From contig NEEC01000021.1 of NCBI GenBank assembly GCA_002189035.1, forward strand, positions 1,426,001-1,490,000: DNA of 64,000 bases. The letters run 5' to 3'. A program made the translations under genes and the position numbers. The notes under the pieces are model-generated. The model did not search any database, was not told the DNA's origin, and worked only from the letters and a program-made list of their open reading frames with translations. Shown here in pieces: positions 50,583 through 64,000 of this stretch (position 1 is its first letter; each line of letters opens with the position of its first letter). This DNA is from Utricularia gibba. Its lineage: Eukaryota; Plantae; Magnoliophyta.

Positions 50583-52290
50583 TCACTTAAGCTTCCTGCT
50601 GAAATCTGATAACTGTAGAAGCTGGATTCTTGGGATTTTCGCAGCTTCTTGTCGTTCCCTTTGAGTGTTGTAGCCCCAGTCACCCAAGTACAGGTTCCAT
50701 CTGCTCAATTCTTCCTCCTTGATAACATTCTTCAGAGTTGCAAGGCGATCTTCGACGAAGCTACCAAGATAAGACATGAAAAGACTTTAGCACTCAACTT
50801 TGAGCAGCATAGTTTTACTTCTGGAGTCAATCATCCATCGTAAATTAATCTTACTGAAGAGTAAGCCCCTGGTGCTCTTTCATCTCTTGAAGCTGCTTGA
50901 GCACTTTCACTTTGGGGCTGGAAAAGAGTACCAGATAAGTTTCTTAGATTTTAATGCTTCTTTTTTGAGCAATAAATCATGAAAGCTGATAGTAAAGTGG
51001 AGAAAAAAGCTGTAACAGAGCAAACCCAATTGGCTCACCCTGTTCCCAGACCATAAATTCTTTCAGGTTGGATTGAAATACCCGCAAGCTCTCGAAGCAA
51101 AGCCTCTGCGAATCGGCTCTGTCGACATGATACTCATGAAAAGCAGCTCAATGACATCAAGAAACTATCTGGAAATCAACTAGGCTATGGGCATGCCTGT
51201 TTTGTTGTGACGATATAGATCTTTGAGCTAGCAAACTTCAGGGCATCAGGAACACCTGGATAGAATCTGCGTGTCAAAAATCATCATCTAGTCACAAAGG
51301 GCAAGAACTTTGCTATATCTCAACCCCTTGGGTATAAAACAACAAATGACCTGTTGGCACTGATCCATGCTGTGAAGTCATTGCTGATCCATTCATCTCT
51401 AACCTTTCCAAAGAGATCTATAAGTTCATCCTGGTTTTCATCCCATTCAGCCATGATGACAGGCTTAATCCTTGACCAGTTCTCCAGTATTTCATCAACT
51501 TTAAGTCCCTCTGAAACCTTCAATTACCCAAGAAGACATACGCAAGATTAAAAAGACACGTTAACAAAGACCCATTCCCTTGGCAAGTTTTCCCTCAAAA
51601 TACAAGCAGCACTTTTGGACAAAACAATTAGCAATTTGTGGCAATCAGTCACAAAGCTGAAACAACAGATTAGAAGAGTAGGAGGAATTTGTGGCGCTAA
51701 AGACTGTAAATTTTTTATGAATATGCAAATGGTAATGCAACAGAGGAGAGCTATGACTATGGGAGTAGATATGCACCGTAGATTTCCTGATAGAAGGAAG
51801 CTTGATCTCCAATAGCAACCTCACAAGCAAAACATTTTCATATCCAGTTTCAACAACTGGACGAACCTGAAAATAACCCAGAACACCATCATTTCCTAAA
51901 AGGTTGCTTTTTTTCTTTTTCAGTTTAAGAAATGTTGAGTATCCTGATGAAGCTCATCAAGAAACATGGTCACAAAACAGAAGCAAAAATCCATTACTAT
52001 GTGCATCTGATCAACTATCCAATCCTCCAAAGACGAATCCACGCCGCCGAACAAACCTGGCCATCTCACCTTAGCTGCCTAGCAAAACCGATTCAGAAAT
52101 AGGAAGATTGAAAACGTGGATCAAAAGCATTTGAAGCATGTTTATCGAAGAAAATGAGAACCCCAGAGGAGAACACAAATCCAAAAACGAAACTTGCTAG
52201 TGAAAAGCGGCACCTTTACAGCAGAGAGGGAACTCTCTCCGCAGCTATCGCATAGAACACCATCGAAATCCAAAGCATAAAGATCCCCAT
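50583..52290 (-). CDS. HAD-superfamily hydrolase-like protein (conserved plant family)
   Basis: MGDLYALDFDGVLCDSCGESSLSAVK (DxD motif I), VRPVVETGYEN, FYPGVPDALK, IVTTKQ/SRFAEALL, FVEDRLATLKNV, LYLGDWGYNT. Includes a GC-AG intron at 51119-51196. Confidence 0.88.
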
Positions 52291-53025
52291 TCTTCGAGTT
52301 ACCAAAGAACCGAAGACCAGGGAGCCCTCAGCTTCACAAAATCTGTCTAAGGATTAAAGAAGGAAAAGGTTGAATTCAAAGCAACCACAAATTTTTGCTG
52401 ACCAGTAACTGAACTTTTTTGCACATTTCCCTAAAAGGGAAACTCAATTTGCAACAACAGGGGTAATAAGGTGAAATTCCGGTCCTAAACCACAGGATGA
52501 TTGCTAAAATTAGGAATTTGATTTTATGACAAAGGAATCAGGGTGCTTGGTAGGGTTTATTTCGAAATCTGTGTTCACAATAATTGTGTGTAGGAAGAGG
52601 ACAATGGGCTTGGGCGTGTAATAATGGCGGATTATAATAATATTAAAGTAAAGACGAGTGAATTGCCGGAGTTGAGGAAGATCGAAATCCGATGTCAGCG
52701 AGCTAATGAGCAGTCAAAGAAAAGGAGAGTTGCCCAATTTCTGTTCTCAACGAGGAGTCCTCCAGATCTCTCTCTTTGCTGTCCAAGGTGCGTTTCCGTG
52801 TACTGGTGCTGCTCAACACTTTTCCGTTCTGCATATGTCGACAATGTATTAAATACCTGCACAAGCCGAGATTTTCCCTGGATTTAATCCCTGCTACTCG
52901 ATTTCAAAACCTCCTAATCTCACACTGAAGTAGCCGAGATTTCGAGGGTCTTCAATCCTTGCTATTCCTTTCCTCAATTTTTTTTTTCGCAGACCCGCTG
53001 CGTGATTTCTGCGGTTAATGCTGAA

Positions 53026-53033
53026 AAACCCTA
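53026..53033 (+). promoter_or_regulatory. Telo-box near the probable MED12 transcription start
   Basis: AAACCCTA in the HAD/MED12 divergent intergenic region; a reverse copy TAGGGTTT lies at 52551. Confidence 0.4.
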
Positions 53034-53741
53034 GCTTTGCTCCTCTGAAGCCCGAAACCACTTTATACTTTAGTGACACTAAGTTGGGGCGTGTCGGAAT
53101 TCAACCAGTTTGTGTGTGATATTAAGGTATGCTGCTGTTTTCGTTTCTTTTGCTGCTGGTATGAGTGGTTTATAGGTTCTAGGTTTTCTAGGTCGTTGAT
53201 TTTGGTTGTGTGTGGGAAAGGCTACTAAAACGAGTTAGGGTCGCCAGTTTTTTGTTCTGGTGGTGTTTTTGGATTTTTTCCCAGAGCGGGTTAGAGCGTT
53301 TTTTTAATCGAGGGTTTACGTGGGATCCGAATGATTCATGTGGGTATGCTCCATTGGGATTGTGTTCCCAAGTGCATATCAAATCTATTAGCAAATGTTG
53401 TTCAATAAGACGGAGCAATGATTTATCACCTTATGCTGGAAAGCTGCTTTGTCGAAGGAAATGTTGCCAAGATTCTGGCTGTCTAGATATACTGGTGGGA
53501 ATTTCATACAATCTGTCTGTGTGGCGTCAGTATGGTGCGTTTTATGTCTTGTCTTTAAATGTTCCACCGGTGGATTATTTTTTTTTCCCACTTGAAGTTT
53601 TCCTGTCAGTGCAACTGCGTATTTACAAAGTGGTCACTTAGCATGATGAATACTTAGGCGGCTCGTTGCCATCTTGTTGGTCAGATTAAGTTTTGTTGCT
53701 ACTCCATGCTGGTTGCAGCATGTGGATGATTCTGGGAAAAG

Positions 53742-56700
53742 ATGCAAAGGTTTCATGGTGGCAGCTGCACTAGTGCAGTTAATAACAGTGCAATTCCTGG
53801 GATACAATCTAGGGATGCATCCCGAGCCGAGACATCTTCTGTTCCTCCAACTATGCATTGAATTCCAGGTATTAACCTTATTCTTTCTTTTGTGTCCAGC
53901 ATTTTCATAGAGAAATAACCTTATCACATAATGTGGGCAATAGGTTATGTTTTCTATTTTTTACGTTGAGAACCTGCTTACTAGTGAATCCCATTTAAAT
54001 GATGGGCACCTGTATTTTTTGATGTTGATGATTTCTTTAAATTGAAATGGGCTTCATTATTAGTACGTTTTGTTATTCATCTGTGAACCATACGCATAGT
54101 ATTATTTTTTCACTGAATTTCCAAATGAAAACGTGGACCATTGAAGCTTGAATTTCGCTGACACTATGAAGATGCCCACCACTTGCTAAATGCTATTTAA
54201 TTAGCTTTCCATCTCAAGCAATGATATAGGAACCAAATGTGGAACTATGAACGAGTTTCCATTTCCATGTGTATTTATAGAAGTTTTTCTGCTTGGAAAT
54301 TTTTTTGACCTATTTCCATTAAATGTGATATTTTTTTTTTGTTTTGTTCCTTCAGACGGCCTTCCCGTCTGAGTGCATACAAATTGAAGTGTGATAAGGA
54401 GCAGTTGAATACCCGGTAATTTCTGTATAAATGTGAAAGAATTGCCTTTTTTCCCTTATATTTCCTTCCTTTCTTTTCTTCATCTTTCTTTAAGGTTTCA
54501 ATCATGTGATTATGGTGAACCCCACCATTCTGGGTCGATGGCCCTACTCACTGCTGTTGTGTTCGGTCATTGCAGGCTTGGGCCTCCTGACTTCCACCCA
54601 CCGTCTCCGAATTGCCGTGAGGAGACACTCACAGGGGCTTATGTTCATTCTGGCTACAAAGATGCTGTTGAAGGATTTGAGGTAATCATTAGTTTCTTGT
54701 TTTATGTACTCTTGTGTAGCTATCCTTATCACAATTTATGTTCATGCACTCAAATGCTTTCTTTTTCTTTTTTAAATACACTGAACTAGGAAACCAGAGA
54801 GATTTTGTTGTCACAGATTCAGGCTTTCACAAAGCCTGTCATTGCTAGGTGCAAAGAGGTATTCAAATATAAGAAAATGCTCACTTTATTTTTATTCTTC
54901 GTAATGTACTCCTCTTTGTTATTGGAACACTGATGTATTTTTCAGGCAATTAAAAAATGTCATAGAGCTATTACAGAGTCCCGTGCACAGAAGCGAAAGG
55001 TCTTGCATTTCTTCTTCTGCTTGATATTGGATTCAAGATTCTATGTCATCTACAATGAGTATGAATTTTGTCTACTTTGTAACCATAATTTCTGACGAGT
55101 GAAATGTACAGGCAGGCCAAGTTTATGGAGTGCCACTGTCTGGCTCCCTGTTGAATAAACCTGGTATTTTTCCCGAGCAAAAAACATGCGGTGAAGAGTC
55201 CAGAAAGAAGTGGATTGAGGTTTGCCTTTTACTCTCTCATAATGCTGTCATGTTTTTGGGTGGGACATTATTCCTTCTGGATGATGAGGAGAATGAACCG
55301 ATGAGATTTTCCATTTTTAGTGTCTGTATATTTGGTAGGACTACTCAGCTTGGGGCAGCTGCAACCTGCTTATTCTGCCTGTTCCGTTTTTCTTAGGTTT
55401 TGACCTGTCAATATACTACTGAGCCCCATTCAGGTTTCATCTGTACTCGAACGTTCTTGGCAGGGTCTTTCCCAACCACATAAGAGATTGTGCTCATTGG
55501 CTGACCATGTGCCACATGGCTATAAGAAAAGATCTCTTTTTGAAGCTCTAATTAGAGATCGTATTCCTTTATTGAGAGCTACATGGTTCATCAAAGTTAT
55601 TTATCTTAACCAGGTATTTATTACATTAAAGAGATGTAATTCTTTGCAAGACTCTCTTGGCGCACTCGACTTCATTTTCTTGTATTTCAGGCTCGGGCCA
55701 ATTCATCATCAATATTTCATGATAAAGCTCAGGCTTCTTGCTCAGAAAAGTGGACAAAAGATGTTATTGAGTATTTTCAGCACCTCTTGGATGAGTTTAT
55801 GTCAAAGAATCACTCACAAGAGAGTGTTAACTTTCGAGATCGGTGTCAAAAATTTTCCTTTCCTGGTTCAGTGCAACTGAAGGGCAATCCATCTGTAGCT
55901 GTGGATGCTGATGAGCCATCTTTATATACCAAATGGTGGTATATGGTAAGAATTGTTTATTGGCATCATGCAGAGGGTCTGGTGGTTCCTTCTCTAATAA
56001 TTGATTGGATTTTTAATCAGCTGCAGGTATTGAAAAAATATATATTACGTAGAATTAAAAGTAATTTCTTTCATTTTTTTGTTTGGTTATGCCTACTGAA
56101 TGGAAAAATCATATTTACAGGAAAAGGGAATGCTTAATTCCCTGCAGCTGTTGTTGCCTGTGATTTATGGATTTGCAGAAACTGTTGTATCTTCTCAGAT
56201 ATATGTATGTAAGCTAGTGGGTCTGGCTGTTAGATTTATTCATGAGCTCTCACCTGGTGGCTCAAGTCTTGTTGAAAATTCTCGGCGTGCTTATGCTACC
56301 TCAAGTGTTGTTGAGATGCTTCGGTTTTTTATATTAGCTGTGCCTGATACCTTTGTCGCATTGGACTGCTTTCCATTGTCTGTTGTATGCCGTACATTAA
56401 GTGACGGAAATCTCTTGTCCAAGTTGTTGGAGGATACCACAAAGGTGAACTACTGCCAGGTTGAAATTGCTGGAGCAATGAGAGATCGAAATTATGAGGT
56501 TCAAGCAGAGATGTCATCCTTTCATAGTGTTGTATCAACAATTCAAAAACGTGCAGAGACTCTTTCAAGAGCATCCAAGTCCATTTACCCTGGTTGTAAC
56601 ATGGCTAAAACTGTGCAGATGCTTGACCAAGCTCTAATGAATGGGGAAGTTGGCATTTTGTATGACATCCTATTCAATACATGTTGGAATGGATTTTGTG

Positions 56701-59700
56701 CTGAAAGTTGGAGTGCTGATGTGAATTCTTGTCTTCTTGCATCACTCAAGCATTTCAGAAATATATCATCTTCATTACTATGCTCCATCTTTTTCATTTG
56801 TGAGTGGGCCACTTGTGACTACCGGGATTTTCGAGCTGAACCACCTCGTGGTTTGAAATTCACTGGTAGGAAAGATGTCTCCCAGATTTTTATTGCAGTT
56901 AGGCTTTTAAAGCAGAAGATGGTCAATTCGTTAAACTGCTTTGGCCCTGACCGAAAATATAAAGATATTTCAGATATTTTTGAAAGCCCAGGTCCTTTGC
57001 ATGATGCAGTTGTGTGTTGGATTGATCAGCATGAAGTTTGTCATGGGGAAGGTTTTAAAAGGCTGCAGCTTCTAATTAGAGAGCTGATACTATCTGGGAT
57101 TTTCAATCCCCTGGCATATGGTAGACAGCTGATAGCCAGTGGAGTGATAGATGGAAATGGAACCATGGTCGAAGTAGAAAGGCAGAAGAGACACTACAAA
57201 CTCTTGAAGCAGTTGCCTGCTTCCTATATTCACGAGGCATTGCTAGAATCCCAGATTGCTGACCTATCAGTTGTTATTGAAGCAACAAATATTTACTCAA
57301 ATGAACGCAGGCTGGTGCTGCATGGTCCCCTTGGCGAAAGTAAATCAAATTCTGGTGTAGTGAGCAGAGCTAAGAGACAAAAGAATTGCCACAAGTTGGG
57401 CAGTGTGACTGGTTCTCCGGCAAACATTGATGAGTGGTGTTTTCAAGCAAACTCTCATCTATCAACAGTAGATGTGGATACACTGGAAAATGCAGGAGAT
57501 ATTAAAGCTTCCATTTCTGCATTTTTAAAGTTACCTCGCTGCCCATTGAATGTTACAGAGCATGGAGTTGATGAATTTGACGGATTGATAAAGCGTCCTG
57601 TTGATGATTGTAACAGGATAAGTAACAATGGAGATGCATCTACATGTGAAGAATGCAAGAGAATGAAGAGACAGAAAATAACTCAAGACCAAGGGTCACT
57701 GCTGCCAAATCCTATCGAAGATGAGGAGGCATGGTGGGCGAAAAAGGAAACGAAGTATGTGGATTTATTAAAAAATGAACCACCTCCTAAGCCTTCAAAA
57801 CAGACACTTAAAGGAAGATCGAAATCTGGCATTAAAACCCAAAGTCTTACTCAGTTGGTTGCTTCCCGCATTGAAGGTAGTCAAGGAGCATCAACAAGCC
57901 ATGCATGCGAAGGTATGGTTGGGTGCCCACATGACAGCAGCTGTTATGATGATGTTACCAAATCGCTAGATGGCACAATGAGATCCCATGATGGAGATAT
58001 TATTTTGATAGGGAGGGTTCTTAAGCATATGCGTTTTTCAGAGAAAAGGAGATTGACGGCATGGTTAGTATCTTCTGTAAAGCAGCTCATTGAAGAGGCT
58101 GAAAAACCTGCAGCCAAGGTAAGCCAGCCTAATAAGCCCGCCCATGCTGCTGAAGATCAATTCCATAGACACTGGAGGCTTACTGAAGATGAACTATGTG
58201 CAATTGTGTATATGATGGATGCTTGTGATGAGTTTGTTGCAGCTGCAAAGCTTCTTTTTTGGATGTTGCCAAAAGTTTCAGGAAATTCTCACATCATTAG
58301 CCGCAACCCTTTGATGTTTCCCAAGACTACGGATTCTAACATATGTGATGTAGGGGAGTCATTTCTTTTATCATTAATTCGCAGGTACCTCATCCTTTTC
58401 CTTGGAAATATAGATTCTTTGTTGGCACATAGTCTTTCTGTTTTTCATATGGTGGCTTTCCACTTAGAAGTAATTAGAGACTCAGACCTTTGTTGGGGTC
58501 TCTGTTTTATTCTGTATTTTCATTGTTTCATGAACGGAGAGGGCTGCAACATTGATGGTGCTTTTGGAGCTGTGCTTATATGTTTCAACGTTTTTTTGTT
58601 TTGTTTCAGTTATGAAAATATAATTGTTGCAGCTGATCTTATCCCTGAAATGCTGTCTGCTATTATGCGACGTATTGCCATGATGTCAGCAACCAAGAGT
58701 AAACTGTCTGGATCTGCAGTATTGCTCTATGCTCGATATCTTTTGAAGAAGTATAGCAAAGTAGAAAGTGTTGCTGAATGGGAGAAGACATTCAGGTCCT
58801 CGTTTGATAAGAAACTTATCTCTGAAATGGAAACTGGCCGTTCATTTGAGGGGGATTTTGGATTTAACCTTGGAGTGCCTAATGGAGTGGAAGACCTTGA
58901 TGATTATTTTCGCCAAAAGATAAACAGTGCTCGACCATCCAGAGTTGGCATGAACATGAAGGAAATTGTTAGCAGGAAAGTGGATGAGGTTTTTCAGTAT
59001 TTCTACAATAAAGAAAGGAAGGCCTCTGGGCATGGAATAAGTAAAAAGCCTACAATGGATATGTGGGAGGATGGGTACCATGTAGCTCACCAGATTGTTA
59101 TTGGATTGATGGAATGTATGAGAAGTACAGGTGGTGCAGCTCAGGAAGGTGATCCCTCATTAGTATCGTCTGCTGTTGCTGCTATAGTTAACAATGTTGG
59201 TCTTGCTATTTCTAGAGTTCCGGACTTAATCTCCAGTTCTAATCATTCAAATACTGCTTTTGCTGGATCATTGCATTTTGCTCGCCACATCTTGCGAATT
59301 CATGTGAACTGTTTATGCATACTGAAGAATGCACTTGGAGAACGTCAGAGCCGGGTATTTGAGGTTGCTCTGGCAATGGAGGCTTCCTCTTCTCTTATGC
59401 AAACTTTTTCCCCTGGAAAGTTGCCTCGAAATCAGTTTCAGATGAATCATTCACCGCATGATGCTAATGCAAATCTGTGTAATGAGAGCGTAAACCATTC
59501 CAACAAGACTCATTCACCAAGAAGTGCACGGATTTTTGCTTCAGTGTCTGCCCTCATCATTGGGTGCATTCTCCAAGGTGTAGCATGCCTTGATCGCATG
59601 GTTGCTCTATTTAAATTAAAAGAAGGGTTGGACCTTGTTAGGAATTTAAAAACAAATGTAAATGGAAGCACATCCTCAGTGGGGGCTTTGAAGGTGGATA

Positions 59701-62265
59701 ATGCTCTTGAAGTTTCACTGAACTGGTTTAGGGTGCTTGTAGGAAACTGTAAAACCATTTCCGATGGGTTAATTGTGGATCTATTAGGTGAAGCCTCTAT
59801 TGCTGCCCTGTGTAGAATGCAGCAGTCGCTTCCTGTGAACTTGGTATTTCCACCAGCGTATTCTATATTTGCATTTGTGTTGTGGAAACCTATTCTTGAT
59901 TCGCTGGTTGGATCACGGGAAGAGTTCCATCAAATCCATCAATCACTAGCAGTTGCATTTGTTGATGCTATAAAGCACATGCCTTTTCGTGAAATATGTT
60001 TTCGAGATTGCCATGGCCTGTATGATCTAATTGCTGCAGACACTCTTGATCGTGACTTTCTATCTTTTGTAGAATCTAGTGGTCTAGATAGCAACTTGAA
60101 AATGTCTGCCTTGCTCCCCCTTCGATCTCGGTGTTTTCTTGATGCAGTACTAGGTTGCAAAATTCCAGAACCCGTAGTTAAGCCGGATATTGGCTCTTGG
60201 ACGTCTGGTCATGGTGAACTGAAGAAACGGTGTGGGGAGAATGCTAGACGGCTTATGTGCAAGCTTGTAAATGTGTTGGATACCTTGCAGCCAGCAAAAT
60301 TTCATTGGCAATGGGTTGAGATGAGGCTTCTCCTGAATGAACAGGCTGTCAACGAAAAGATGATGGAGAATGATTTATCCTTGGTCGATGCCATTAGATC
60401 TGTGTCGCCTCATCCAGACAAAATAAAGGCATCTGAGAATGAGAGTAACTTTGTTCAAATTATACTTGCCCGGCTGCTAGTCAGGCCTGATGCTGCTCCC
60501 CTGTTCTCTGAGGCTGTTCTTTTATTGGGGAGGTCATTGGAGGATTCAATGCTATCTCAGGTAAAATGGATGCTTAAGGGAGCAGAAGTTCTTTATGGTA
60601 AGAAATCAATCAGGCAGAAGATCATGAATATTGCTTCAGACCTGAAAGAACTGCCCTTTAAGGCCCAATACTGGAAGCCATGGGGTTGGTGTCATCCGTC
60701 TCCTGCTCTGAAAAACAAGATTGAAAAATTGAAATCGGAATCCTGCATCCTCGAAGAAGGAGAAGTAGTTGATGAGGGGGCTGATTCTGGTCAGGTTGGT
60801 AGGGGAAATGTTCCTTTGGACGTTGAAGGGTTCATAGTTTCCCAGCAGCATTTGACTGAGCGAGCTCTTATTGAACTTATACTTCCGTGTTTGGACCAAG
60901 ACTGTGATGACCTGCAAAGTAACTTTGCAAATGAAATGATCAAGCAGATGGAGAATATTGAGCAGCATATAAACTCAGTTACTCATGGAATCTCAAAACT
61001 TCCCACAATTGCAAGTCCATCTATTGGTAGCCCTGGCAATAAAAGTGGCAGTCGGAAGGCTGGGAAGAGTGGGAGTCCTATCATTTCAAGGCAAACCAAT
61101 TCTAACACTGACACCGTTCCAACTTCGCCTGGTGCATTGCGGGCATCCTTGGCATTGCGGTTACAGTTCCTTCTACAATTACTTCCAGTTGTTTGTGCTG
61201 ACAGGTGATTCTACTCTATCCATGATGTAGGCTGTGAAATCTACTTTGTCTAAACTTTATGGTCGTACCATGTTCTGTAAAATTGGCCGTTGGTCTGAGA
61301 AGGGACTACAATGTGGTATTAAAGGAGATGCGTATACTTTTTTTGTTACAGTTCTCCTCAGAAGATCTTGCTGATCTTGATTGTCAAAATTTCCTCTTTT
61401 TTTAACTTCGGTTGCTTTTCTATAGGGAGCCTTCAACTCGTAATATGAGATACATTCTTGCATCTGTGATTCTGCGCCTCCTGGGTAGCAGAGTTGTGTA
61501 TGAAGAGACATGCCACCTTGTCAATACTGCACCCATGCCATCAAATAGGAACTTGGAGTTTCTAAAGGAGACTTTCAGAGCTTCCCCTCTTCACTGGGGC
61601 GAATGCCTCTTTGATTCCTTACTATTGGTTTTTCACGTTTTGCTTAGTAGCTGCCACCCAAGCTGGTTAAAATCGAAGCCTAAATTAAAATCAAGTGACA
61701 CCAACCAAGATCATTTTGTTTTTGACTGCAAAGTGGCAGAAGCCATGCAGGTAATCTGAGATCAAGTTGGTTGCAGTTCTTGTGATGCTTCTTTAGATTT
61801 TTTGCTGGATCTCACCAGTTATGAACTTCCGCAGGCTGAATTAGATCACATGGATCTGCCTGAAGCAGTAAGGTGGCGCATTCAAACCGCAATGCCAATC
61901 GTCTTGCCATCACCGGGACTCTCTTTTTCTTGCCAACCTCCGTCACTAACTCATTCTGCCGTCTCTTGTCTTCAGCCCAGAAATCCAGCGGCATCTGTCA
62001 GTACAAAAGTGCCTTCAAAATATTCACGTGCTGCAGCAACAAGCATGAAAACCAAGCCACAGACGATTTCACAAGAAACTGACATGGAGTTCAACCAGTG
62101 GACACTTTTGGAGGATGGGCTAGTTTTGGACAGTCTTCACCCAAATCTGCTGCTGCTGGGGAAAGTGATCATGCTAATTTAAAGGCATCCCATTGGCTTA
62201 AAGGGGCTGTGAGAGTGAGGAGAACAGATCTCACATACATCGGTGCCGTTGACAAAGATAGCTGA
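53742..62265 (+). CDS. MED12: Mediator of RNA polymerase II transcription subunit 12 (~2200 aa); apparent frameshifts at ~53847-53850 and ~62117-62119
   Basis: MQRFHGGSCTSAVNNSA, YKLKCDKEQLN.RLGPPDFHP, LADHVPHGY..LLRATWFIKV.YLNQ, ESPGPLHDA.VCWIDQHEV, AAQEGDPSLVSSAV, TLQPAKFHWQWVE.RLLLNEQ; C-terminus WLKGAVRVRRTDLTYIGAVD in the shifted frame. Confidence 0.95.
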
Positions 62266-62725
62266 TTCCCCCCACCCCTCTCTTCGATTTGGACTTCTCC
62301 TGCAGCTCACCGTAAAATATTTCCGGCTCGCAGCAACATCTCAAGGAGATACAGAGGGGCGCTAGTGCTGCAGCAGCAGCAGCAGCCAAGGAGATGAATA
62401 GAAGTTGACTTGTAAGTGATCTGCACTTCTGGTCCTCATTGCTAACCATATATTGGATTGTGCAACTAGAGAGCGTTTGTTGTATATATAGAAGATGATT
62501 GTTGTTAGCTGTATCTGGAAGTGGGAATGGACACATCTGTAGCTAGCTCTGTTTGTTACAATTCATCCTCATTTATTATATGATTCATGAGTTCAGTTCT
62601 TGCTTTGATCTGTTAAACAAAAAATTTGAGTAGAAATCGAACCAAATTATGCAAAAGCATTTCCCGTCCCTGTATTCAGCATCTTGGATATACAAAACTG
62701 TGCAGAAGCAGCACTACATGGTGAG

Positions 62726-64000
62726 CTAGCCACTGATATGGCACTCCATTGTTCTGTCAGCAAGCAGCACATCCTCAATCCATGCAACAATGTTGAATGC
62801 CATTCCTTCTAATACCCTTGAGTAGCTCTCAAGCACAGCCTGTCCTACATCCTGTAGACAAACAAACAGAAAAATAAGAAGCCATCCGAACGTCGAGCAT
62901 CAACACAAATCGCTATGACTTGCCTTGTTATACTGGATCTTGCTAGTATCAAGTGTAGTTTGGGAAAGTTCAGGGTATCTTTGTCTCAGGTAGAAGAGCA
63001 GCGTTTCTGCTCTTTCTGCAAGCAAGTAGTTTTTGTGGCTTTTTCCCATTTCGGAGATAAAGCCTTTCATCATCTCCCATGATGATTTAGAATATGCCGT
63101 GCAGATTTTCCGGCGCCATATGTGCATAGATGCTTCAACCTTGTCAGCAAGTTCAAGAGCCTCATGTTCAGAGGCTAAGCTGAGAGAGTCTAGCAGGTAG
63201 TTTGGTGAAAATTTTTCTGCATGGCACATGTAGCGGTAGATGCCATCTCCAACACTTTCCCTTCCACTCTGTATTCACAACACGAAATACAAAGATTTCG
63301 CAGCATATTCGGAGGCGGTGACAGGTAAAAGATAAAGCAAGATCAAAGCTAGCATGATTTTGCTACCTTGGGAAGTGAAGCAATGAATGATTCTGGGATA
63401 TGCATTTCTGAGAGGATTTCATTGTTGATCGCCATTGCAGCTTTGTAAATCTGATTAGCACAGTTACGGTTTTGCTTCAAGAGCTTCTTGAATTTCTCAG
63501 ACAACCCTTTTTCAGGGATACATGGAACTGGCAGCCACCATTTTTCCTCTTTTCTAGGCGTCAATGGCTGAATCATTCTCCTAAATGATCCTGAAAGACA
63601 AGAGTTGGCTGAAATGCTTCCCTGTTCTGCATAACAAAGCTCTGACTCCTTAAAACTATCCAATATTTCCTGCAAAGGAAACCGAAAAACTCATCCACTG
63701 TCATCAGCTTCAAACAAGACCAGAAAGATGGATTTCTGCATTACCAGGAGCATTGCATCCAGTTTCTTCAGTGCTGGAAGGTTAACGTAAATGTCTGGTC
63801 TTGGCCTGCTTATCATCACCTCTATAGTCGTCCCATCTTCTAAAGACTGCAAAGTTGGTGCAAATTCTAGTATGTAGTCACAGACAGATAAGAGGCATCT
63901 CATCTCTCTTCTCCACATCAGTTTCTTTTCAGGATGCAGAGGCTCTAATCTCTGATGCTGCCCAAATACAGAAGCTGCATTCACCAAAAACACTTGCCAT
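62726..64000 (-). CDS. ROPGEF: Rop guanine nucleotide exchange factor (PRONE domain), 5' end outside the window; short C-terminus as in RopGEF2/3/4
   Basis: [123 protein letters not shown]. Visible coding starts at 63974; GC-AG intron at 62852-62923. Confidence 0.93.

Overview
Gene-dense plant (angiosperm) nuclear DNA with short introns: about 20 intron-containing or intronless protein-coding genes in 64 kb. It is not prokaryotic, and I found no CRISPR array, rRNA gene or tRNA gene. Gene order: L-gulonolactone oxidase-like (+), decayed Copia remnant, LCB kinase LCBK1 (+), ankyrin/tandem-CCCH zinc finger (-), ERI-type exonuclease (+), B3/REM (+), NF-YC1 (-), DEK (+), CER2/CER26-like BAHD (+), DHHC S-acyltransferase (+), small TFIIB-type zinc-ribbon ORF (-), mitochondrial PDH E1-beta (+), serine palmitoyltransferase LCB2 (-), FAM214/Atos-like (-), GH3 beta-glucosidase (-), RRP7A (-), RPL3 (-), HAD-like hydrolase (-), MED12 (+), RopGEF (-, runs off the window). 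Gene models were built by hand from splice sites and remembered family motifs; no database search was run. Main observations: (1) seven frameshifts in conserved genes, plus one inferred in the zinc-ribbon ORF, can each be repaired by adding one G/C to a short G/C run, which most likely reflects long-read assembly error; (2) a different lesion, a perfect 7-bp tandem duplication, truncates PDH E1-beta; (3) a candidate 112-aa stand-alone TFIIB zinc-ribbon microprotein with its own TATA box; (4) a Copia remnant with tandem mini-LTRs and a tRNA-Phe primer-binding site; (5) a 5-unit intronic tandem repeat built from a 3' splice-site region; (6) a candidate spliced non-coding transcript diverging from the RPL3 promoter. 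I see no convincing evidence of a wholly new multi-gene system.
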